Below are positions 54,880-64,000 of a stretch of DNA of 64,000 nucleotides, piece by piece (within the stretch, counting starts at the first letter, position 1; each line of letters begins with the position of its first letter). A model generated the notes under the pieces. The model worked only from the letters and a program-made list of their open reading frames with translations. It was not told where the DNA came from and made no database searches. Both the position numbers and the translations under genes were made by a program. Source of the stretch: Octopus bimaculoides (taxonomy: Eukaryota); the NCBI RefSeq assembly GCF_001194135.2, contig NC_069007.1:2156011-2220010 (forward strand), written 5' to 3'.

Positions 54880-54936
54880 TTATTCATGTTGAAGCACATC
54901 TTGAAGATGATGTTATATTCATACGAAACACACGCA
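54880..54936 (+). CDS. Internal coding exon (57 nt, phase 1-1); joins the previous exon as ...NWED-IIHVEAHLEDDVIFIRNTR
   Basis: Strong acceptor gtcttctttcattccttcacgtgtttcAG and donor CGCA|GTGAGT. Open in phase 1, matching the 49146-49271 exon across a 5.6-kb intron. Confidence 0.62.
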
Positions 54937-55794
54937 GTGAGTATCTTGAGGGGAAATTTATCGGTTTCTGAAGCCGAACCGTTAAATTGCAAGGTTGTTA
55001 ACAAGCTATCAGAGGTTGTCAATCAATAAGTGGGAAAAACAGATATGCAGATATATACATTTACACGAATGGTTTCCATACATTTTTCTATCTAGCAGTT
55101 TCACTCACAGGGCAGTGATCGGTTCGGCGCTATAGTAGAAAAAATGGTTGCAAAAAGAGTTAATTTAGCGCGGATATTCCTGATCCTTGTTGATAAATAA
55201 TTTGTCGATAGAACTACGATCTGGAATATTTCAAATACAAACAAGTTTATGTGAGCTATTCTCGTACAATAAAGGTGAAAAGTATGATTATAAGAGATCC
55301 CTGGAATAGAGCAGCAATAAATCGCTCCTGTAGAAACAAAGAAACATGCTCTTAGAATCAGTCTTTCAAGGACGAGGAAATTATTTTCAAGACTGGGGTC
55401 ATTTTCACGAAACAAACCATAGATGCCGTCAATAAACATTCTTCCACGACCATAGAAGACAAAACTCAAATCACCTTTCATCTGTCAGTAGAATTAGAGA
55501 AAAGATGTCACGAAAGTGGCAATACATTTGGTAATTGGAAATATACGAATTAAATTTGATTTGTGCAAGAAATTTATTGGGCAATGCAAAACATTCGTAA
55601 TTGGGATGACAATTTGAAGCGAATGAAATTGGGAAAATAGGAAATGTCACGAAAAAGGAAAAACTGTCTAAACGACAGGTCAGACATTTCTAGAAATTCA
55701 TACTAAAAGTATATGAAAAAGCACACGAGCAACATCGGAAAGCGCGATCCTCTCGTATTAGGTCATTTAGCAACACACACAAATAGAGATTTCC

Positions 55795-56000
55795 AAATTT
55801 AGCACAAGGTCAGCAATTTCATGGGGATGAAGATTGGATATGTCGAATATGTTGAGCCCAGTGTTCAATTGGTACTCTACTGTATCGACCTCGTAAGGTA
55901 AAGTCCACCTCGGCGAATATTGAACTCAGAACGTAGTGGTGGATGGGATGCTACCGAGCATTTTTCCGAGCGCAGCAACGATTCTGCCTGCTCACCGCCT
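55795..56000 (-). mobile_element. SINE family B
   Basis: agcacaaggtcagcaatt...ttgagcccagtgttcaattggtac...ttgaactcagaacg...aacgattctgcctgctcaccgcc. Confidence 0.85.
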
Positions 56001-56874
56001 CCCCACATACACGCACACACACACACGCACACACACACACACACTCACGCACACACACACACACACATAGCTATTACTTTTAAATATTTGAGTCAATGTA
56101 GCTATACAATATGTGAAGAACACCTGTGTGTAAGCGTATGTTTCTGCACGTACCTGCTTTTATATTTACACCTGAAAAACTGGTCGTTAAGGTTATTTTT
56201 ACAAATATTCTCTAGAAATTATAGCCAGCACTGAGCTTTGTTACGATGTTTCGTATCTCAGACGTGAGATGTAAACAAACAATGATATCAAAAATGAAAA
56301 GAGGGTATGCCATATTTCGTCGTGGGGCGTGCCTTTAATAACGTTGCACGTATCCAACAACGTTACACTGCTGTATATGGTGACTATTTAAGCAATGAGT
56401 TCGAGGAGGATTAAAAATTTAGATTGGTGCTGATTAAGGGGCAAAACCACCCCCGAAATATAGCATATATGCCCGTTACCTCTTTTTTCATCTTCGATTT
56501 TTTTTTGTTTTTGTTTTTTTTTTGTTTTTGCTTTTACATCTGATGCCCCGGATAGGAAACATCGTTACAAAAATCAATACTGGTTATATCTATAGAATAT
56601 ATGTAGAGATATCTGTAGAGGGTCAATGCGGTAGAAATGGCTAAAGAGAGCCGGTGGTCGAATAGGTTTGGCAACCCCTGGTATAAACGAAATATGGCGT
56701 ACTTACGAATCATTTAACAACTGCTTTTCTTCGTTTTAGGTCCTATTTTTCCCTCCCAATGTTTAACAGTTAAACAGAGGAAAATATTCCACCAAACTAA
56801 AATATATACTAAGGTAAAAACGGTTTTTCACTAGAATAATGACCTTCCCGAAGCATAAAATGATATAATTATAC

Positions 56875-56920
<46 letters not shown>

Positions 56921-57076
56921 AAGAAAGAGAAAGCGAGAGAAAGACGGTGAGTGAGAGATACTGAAAGACAAAGCAATATATACAAATTGATATACATGTA
57001 CATATGCGTATGTATGTATGTAAATGTGGAATAAACATATATACACACAGACACTCACAGACAAACAAACACATAC

Positions 57077-57150
<74 letters not shown>

Positions 57151-58029
57151 CCGTGTATGTATATATGTATATATAAACGCGCGCACACAAACACTATGTG
57201 CGTAAGCACGCGCATGAGCGTGCATACATTCATATATATAAATATACACACACACATACATGCGTATATATATATACGATCGCGCGCTCGCTTTCTTGCG
57301 TCTCCTTTATCTCAATGTCTTACTCCACGTTCATCTACACATAGTTACACTGTCTGCAAGTGCTTGACGAGCGTGTGCGTGCACATACACGCATGCATGC
57401 ATACACACACGTACGCAACGAATTTAGTAAATCAAAAAGAAAAAAAAAGTGAATGTAACAAAATTCAAAACAAAAACAACAACAACAACAATAAAACGAC
57501 TTGATGCCGCGTTATCAATTGAAGTCTAATGACAATTCTATCTATGTAAAGTCAGCTTTATCTCTATAACGTGGTAATTAGACAGGTGCCAGTAATTAGA
57601 CTTCTCCTTTTCAATCATAATTACGTATAGCAAGTGGCTTGCTCGTATTTTTTCTGTTGTTGTTGTTGTTTGATTCTCGTTTAGTAACAGTAGGAAGGAG
57701 AATCTATGAGCGGCCATTAATCAACAACATCTCAAGGAATTCAACTATTAGTTTTTGATATTATTGTCACTTGATCATTCCTTACAGTAGTAATTAGCAA
57801 TGTACGATTGTCAAAGAATTAATTACTTGTTGAATTATAATCCTTGTAATTAGAAAATCATTCCCGAGAAGTAAAGAAGTATTACTAGGACAGTACCGAG
57901 AAGCAGGCGTGGCACGGTGATTTAGACTTCGCTTTGCAACCATGCGCGGATCCTGGATCGATCCCTCACTGTAGCATCTTAACACGTAGTTTTTAACATA
58001 TCCACGAATCGACTATTATTTTGTGATGT

Positions 58030-58800
58030 CAAAAAATCTACCTGGATGTTCATCATTATATGAGCTTCTGGAGAGGACTTCAGCTGTACGCCAGGTGAAA
58101 ATGGGCAGTGATTGGCCAGCATTACCGTCCAGACCTAGTATCCAAATGGTGGCAAGTCGGGCATCATCTTATAGGTTCTTCTCTCCCATAACTAGTCATT
58201 AATATGTGACTAAATCTGCGATTATCCCTAGCAGATATATGATCTCATCTAGGTTGTCCCATAGGATGCCCCTTTTTATAGGGATTTCGGTTGCACATAT
58301 TACAGGAGTCACAGTGGTCCTGCAGTTTCCATCTAACTAGGAATATTAAGGTATCATCCATTGTCTTGTATTCAAGATCCTCTGCATAACATCCTGCTAA
58401 TTCAAAGCCAGGAATCTGATCAGTTAGATCCTGCCGGTAAATAAATCCAGGCCTTACTGCCAACGCTTTGGTTTATTGTTGTTAAGGTTTTGGCTGTCTC
58501 CTACCCTTCGACCTGTCTGGCCTGGTAAGACCTGCCTGAATATTTCTCTCCCTCCAGCATAGCTCTCCGGATCAATGGAGAAGACAGCCACTTCACCGCG
58601 ACGAGGTACTTGTTGAGTTTGCCGTTAACTCCACAGTATTTCTTTCGTCCTTAGACGGGTCCTATTTTTCGTCCCGCAGTGTGTTCAACAATCACCCTCC
58701 TCACCAAGCAACCTTGATGGGGTTGCCAGTTTAGTCCCCGGCGACCCGACCATGCGACAGGTTGTACTGGGTTACATGTTACCAGTGGTGCTGCAGAGCG
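58030..58800 (-). mobile_element. 5' end of an RTE-clade LINE: structured 5' UTR plus decayed AP-endonuclease start
   Basis: Minus strand cctcgtcgcggtgaagtggc...gagagctatgctgg...ccagacaggtcgaagggtag resembles RTE/BovB/Expander 5' UTRs (from memory). Downstream frames read GFIYRQDLTDQIPGFE, TTVTPVICATE...LWDNLDEII and LVMGEKN, resembling the APE motifs GVGF, QVYAPT and GDFN. Confidence 0.65.
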
Positions 58801-59029
58801 ACTTGACGATATAGCAGATATAACTAAAAGTAAATATCCTGCGACAAGTGACATCGAGGAGAAGCTGGATAGAAACCAAGCTGGAATGCGGGATCTGCAA
58901 CAGAAAGGTTATCTGAAAGAAGTATTGTATATGTAGGTAAAATATGGAAATGTGGCTGGAGTGACATCATCGGATTTACAAAGTTTCAGCAAAACCTATC
59001 TTATTTAGATACTTGGGTTTAAGTCATGA

Positions 59030-59310
59030 GTTCAAATCCTAGCAATGTCAATTTTATCTTTTATCTTACTGGCATTGATTAAATAAGTGGCAGTCGAGTC
59101 CTGAAGTCAATAGAACTGATTGACAACCCTTCCTTCAAAATTGTCAGCAGCGTACCTGAATGAGAAATAAATGGAACGAAGTGTGAAGAAATGGCATAAT
59201 GGGTAAAGTGCCAATATTTAATTATTGTTCTTTTTGTTACGAGTTCAAATCCCACTGTGGTCTACTTAGTGTTTCATACCTCCGGTGTCCTTAAATGTAA
59301 AGCACACATA
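59030..59310 (+). mobile_element. Two diverged SINE family B copies
   Basis: gagttcaaatcc heads at about 59028 and 59240. Confidence 0.65.
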
Positions 59311-59332
59311 CACATATATAGCTTTTCTATTC

Positions 59333-59537
59333 TAGGCACAAGGCTCAAAATTTTGGGGGGAGGGGGCCAGTCGATTAGATCGAACCAGTACGCAACTGGT
59401 ACTCAATTTATCTACTCCGAAATGATGAAAGGCAAAGTCGACCTCGGCGAAATTTTTGAACTCAGAACGTAAAGACAAACGAAGTACCGCTAAGCATTTC
59501 GCTCGGCGTGCTAACGTTTCTGTCTGCTCGCCGCCTC

Positions 59538-59538
<1 letters not shown>
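59333..59538 (-). mobile_element. SINE family B, well preserved
   Basis: Reverse complement is ggcggcgagcagacagaaacgttagcacgccgagcgaaatgcttagcgg...gttctgagttcaaa...gccttgtgcc. Confidence 0.92.
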
Positions 59539-59590
<52 letters not shown>

Positions 59591-59779
59591 ATTCTGTGGT
59601 TGATGTAACTCACCAAATTTGATGCTTTCTGCGCTTGTTAAAAATCCTTAAGTATACTGGTTGTCAGTTTGCCATTTTTTCAATAAGTAAGATTTTTTTC
59701 CCCCCTTAGCTTTTGACACAAACCATATTAAGGGTATTATTTTGGTCCAAGTCCCAGAGCATCGGTCGAAATATGGTTT

Positions 59780-60080
59780 AAATTTTGGCACAAGGTCAAC
59801 AGTCTTAGAGTTAAGGGTCTGTTTCATTACATCAACTCCAGGGCTCAACTGGTGCCTATTTTACCGACTCCTAGAAAAGATACAAGACAACGTTGGCTTC
59901 AGTAGAGTCTGGACTCAGAACGTGAAGAGTCAGAAACAATGTTGCTAAGCATTTTGTCCGATGCACTAATGATTCTTCCAGCTGACGGGATTTATTAATA
60001 GTTTCGAATGTAAGGCGGCGCGCTGGCAGAGTCGTTAGCGTTGCCGGGTGAAATGCTTAGCGGTATTTCGTGTGTCTTAC
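59780..60080. mobile_element. SINE family B minus copy (59780-59990) and plus-strand head (60013-60080)
   Basis: ttttggcacaagg...gactcagaacgtgaag...taagcattttgtcc, then ggcggcgcgctggcagagtcgttagc. Confidence 0.8.
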
Positions 60081-61114
60081 CTCTTGAAAACAACTTCACC
60101 TAGCAAATTATCTTATTTGCTAAACTAAAGTCAGAAACCAATTTCGTCCAGGCGAATGAGATGGTAAAAGTTTTTATTTTTCATTTCGTTCCTTTCTACA
60201 TTCTATGCCTAATTTTGTGGTTCTAGAACCTAGCTGTTCTTTCTAGCATCAGGAATCCCATGAGTGGATTTCTCTTATGTATTTTAATATATANNNNNNN
60301 NNNNNNNNNNNNNNNNNNNNNNNNNNNNNNNNNNNNNNNNNNNNNNNNNNNNNNNNNNNNNNNNNNNNNNNNNNNNNNNNNNNNNNNNNNNNNNNNNNNN
60401 NNNNNNNNNNNNNNNNNNNNNNNNNNNNNNNNNNNNNNNNNNNNNNNNNNNNNNNNNNNNNNNNNNNNNNNNNNNNNNNNNNNNNNNNNNNNNNNNNNNN
60501 NNNNNNNNNNNNNNNNNNNNNNNNNNNNNNNNNNNNNNNNNNNNNNATATATATATATATATAAGAGATTTAGTTTATTCATATATCTACATTGTATAAT
60601 GTACGGAACTCGAGACATTTGAGAAATATGGAGGTGAGGTCAGATATATATAATTTCCGCTATTTTCTACGTACCAAAAGAGGAAATGGTAATTAGTTTG
60701 AATACAACAAGTTATTTTCTGTTTTGATTTATCGGAATGTTTCTTCTCAGAAAGGTCAATAAAACACAACGTCTCAGATATAACAAAATTGTATACACAC
60801 ACGTACACACATATATATATACATATACAAATAACCGACACACACACACAAACACATATATATGCATGTGTCTGTGTGTGTGTATATATATGTATATATA
60901 TATACAATTGTCCACCCACAAGCAAATGAATTCATATATACACAAAATGTATGTACACACACGTGCGCAGATGTATATGAGCATGTAAGTAAGCTATAAT
61001 ACTGGTATAATATTTATATACATGGTGCGGTGTGTGAATTGTCACCATTCCATAATTTTTATTTCGCGCCTACACTGTTTTTGATTTTGTCGATAACACA
61101 GTAGAGTGTTGTCT

Positions 61115-61410
61115 AACTACATGGTTCCAGGTTCAGTCCCACTGTGTGTCACTTTCGGCAAATGTCTTCTATTATAGCCTCGGGCCGACCAAAGAGATGT
61201 GGGAGGATTTGGTAGAGGGAAACTGTAAGAAGACCTTCGCGTGTATATGTGTGTGTGAATATTTATGTGTGTGCCTCTATGTGTGTGCCTCTACAATCAC
61301 TCGATTACCGATGTTGGTGTGTTTACGTTCCCGTATTCTGGTGGTTCAGCAAAAGAATAAGTCCTGGGGTTCATTTCTTCGATTAGCAGGTGGCGCTCCA
61401 GCGTGGACGA
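61115..61410 (+). mobile_element. SINE family A
   Basis: catggttccaggttcagtcccact...tagcctcgggccgaccaaag...gaataagtcctgggg...ggcgctccagc. Confidence 0.85.
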
Positions 61411-61450
61411 AGTCAGATAATTAGGGCAACAGTTTAGTCAACGCACCATG

Positions 61451-61489
<39 letters not shown>

Positions 61490-61617
61490 CATATACATAT
61501 ATGTGTGTGGGGGGTGGGTATACATTTGTATACCTGTACGCATACATGCATATATGTGCGTGTGTCTGCTTATAAATTTGTGTGTGAGTGTAAGCATGTA
61601 TTTCTCTCTCTTTCTTT

Positions 61618-61695
<78 letters not shown>

Positions 61696-63305
61696 GAATG
61701 TGGGGGCGCACGTGCAGGTTCCAGTGTTCGGCGGATGTTTATATACAAATATACATGGTTTCTCTTTTTAGTACAGTTATTCCTTTCACTGTTTGGACTG
61801 GCGCCATGCCTGGTCTGGTCGATCAAATAGACCCCAGATTTTTGTTTCTACAGTAAGGTATTTATTTTATCGTTATTTTTGATTTAAAAAAAAACAGGAA
61901 AAAACGACAATTTACGAGGTCGGTAATCAAACAAAATTCGTTGTCAAATTATTGGACATAAGCAAAAAACCACACACGCGCATATATGCAAACATGATAC
62001 ATACACATATACATTCACATATGCATATATACACTCATGCATGTGCATAAATTTATATAGACATTTATACATAAATATACATACATACATACATACGTAC
62101 GTACAAACATTCAAGTATACATATTAACATTCATACACACATACATTCACATATAAATACATATTCATACACACATGTACAGCAACGTAGGTACATAGCT
62201 ATATACATGCAATTATTGGGGCACTGGGATATGTAACACACTGCCTAAATACCAGCGTTAAGAAATTAGGATTCTCAAAACCAGAAAGTAGAAAGATAAT
62301 TCGAAGACTATTGATCCAATCCATCACTGGAATTGTAAAATTTTCCAGACGTTTATCATTTAAATATATATGAGCATGCCTAGATATATGCATGAGAAAA
62401 AGATACAAATCTTCATATACATACATACGTACAAACAAAAATACGGTGTTGTTGTTGCAGAAATTCCAGTAGAAGAAACTTGGATCTAGGTTAGAAACCG
62501 GTTCTTTTTCTATTGGGAATAAGTCTTGAAATAAACTGAATAATATACATATACATATGTGTGTGTGTATTCACACCGACATTTTGGCAAGCATACATCT
62601 ATACACACATACAACCGTTCGTACACACATACGTATACATATATAGTACTTTATATATATATATATAAGGATTAAAATGAGTGCTCAACACCACATAGGT
62701 GGATATAATTTCTTTATTTGCGAATTAAGGGAACCATTGGCTTCGTGTTACGAAAAGTAGGAAAATATCCTAGTGGCTTAACAATTTTATAAATCGATCA
62801 CATGAAGCAAGTTGTTCACTCCATTTGGCAAAACACATATGTGCACACACGTATGGATCTATGTATATGTGTATGTATGTATATGTTTCTATCGAACACT
62901 TCAAGTGAGACGTAAACACTGCATTGGTAGATAAATGTTTTTTTTTGTGTAGGTTGTGGTATTAGAGCAGAGAGCAATAACATATATCACAAAAGTATTC
63001 TGTCCAATGATGAAATCCTTCTCAATCGACCGCCGCCATAAATACATTATATATANNNNNNNNNNNNNNNNNNNNNNNNNNNNNNNNNNNNNNNNNNNNN
63101 NNNNNNNNNNNNNNNNNNNNNNNNNNNNNNNNNNNNNNNNNNNNNNNNNNNNNNNNNNNNNNNNNNNNNNNNNNNNNNNNNNNNNNNNNNNNNNNNNNNN
63201 NNNNNNNNNNNNNNNNNNNNNNNNNNNNNNNNNNNNNNNNNNNNNNNNNNNNNNNNNNNNNNNNNNNNNNNNNNNNNNNNNNNNNNNNNNNNNNNNNNNN
63301 NNNNN

Positions 63306-63338
<33 letters not shown>

Positions 63339-63479
63339 CATGTATGTAAGTATATAAATATAATTATCATAATTGTGTACGCTGCTTACAACCTCTTACG
63401 AAACGAATAGGAGTATTGTATACGGACTTGTACCATATTCGAATCGTCAATGTTTAAATCAACGTCGATGAGGTAAGAA

Positions 63480-63640
63480 GAGTTGAGACAGACGATTGAA
63501 TGAGCAACAAGCTATCATTTTATTTTGAGACGCCGAAAGGATGAGATTGAAGATTGACCCTGGCAGTATTTGAACCGAGAGAGCAGAGAGCAGGAACTGA
63601 CTTTGCAAAGCATTCTGTAGAACAGCGTAATCACTGTCAA
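63480..63640 (-). mobile_element. SINE family B, diverged
   Basis: ttttattttgagacgccgaaaggatga...ttgaccctggcagtatttgaacc. Confidence 0.6.
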
Positions 63641-63656
63641 TCGACCACCATTCATG

Positions 63657-63659
63657 TAT

Positions 63660-63698
<39 letters not shown>

Positions 63699-64000
63699 CA
63701 CATAAATATACATATATATATACACATAAATATATATATACACATAAATATACATATATATATATGTATATATATATATACACATAAATATACATATATA
63801 TATATACACATAAATATACATATATATATATGTATATACACATAAATATACATATATATATATGTATATACACATAAATATACATATATATATATGTAAA
63901 TATATATACACACAAATATATATATATATATATGTAAATATATATACACACAAATATATATATATATATATATGTAAATATATATACACACAAATATATA
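63657..64000. repeat. TA-rich minisatellite (units built on tacacataaatatacatatat)
   Basis: Direct reading; runs off the end of the window. Confidence 0.92.

Overview
AT-rich eukaryotic (metazoan) genomic DNA that is almost entirely intronic. The SINE families and the very high (TA)n/(CA)n/(GA)n load look like an octopus (coleoid cephalopod); this is recognition from memory, not a database result. There are 14 N-gaps, nearly all opening in dinucleotide microsatellites, and almost all ORFs in the supplied track are microsatellite, SINE or gap artefacts. The best coding signal is a pair of phase-compatible plus-strand exons (49146-49271 and 54880-54936) of an unidentified gene, plus weaker small-exon candidates upstream, including a 9-nt microexon. 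Recognisable mobile DNA: many copies of several tRNA-derived SINE families in both orientations; Tc1 and mariner remnants; a 5'-truncated R4/Dong-type RLE retrotransposon; RTE LINE fragments; Penelope-like termini; and MITE/foldback elements. The most notable signals are RNA-structural: two HDV-like ribozyme-shaped motifs in the preserved 5' end of an RTE element, and several degenerate minimal hammerhead cores in Penelope-like termini. All are decayed or untested. No intact novel multi-gene system is supported.
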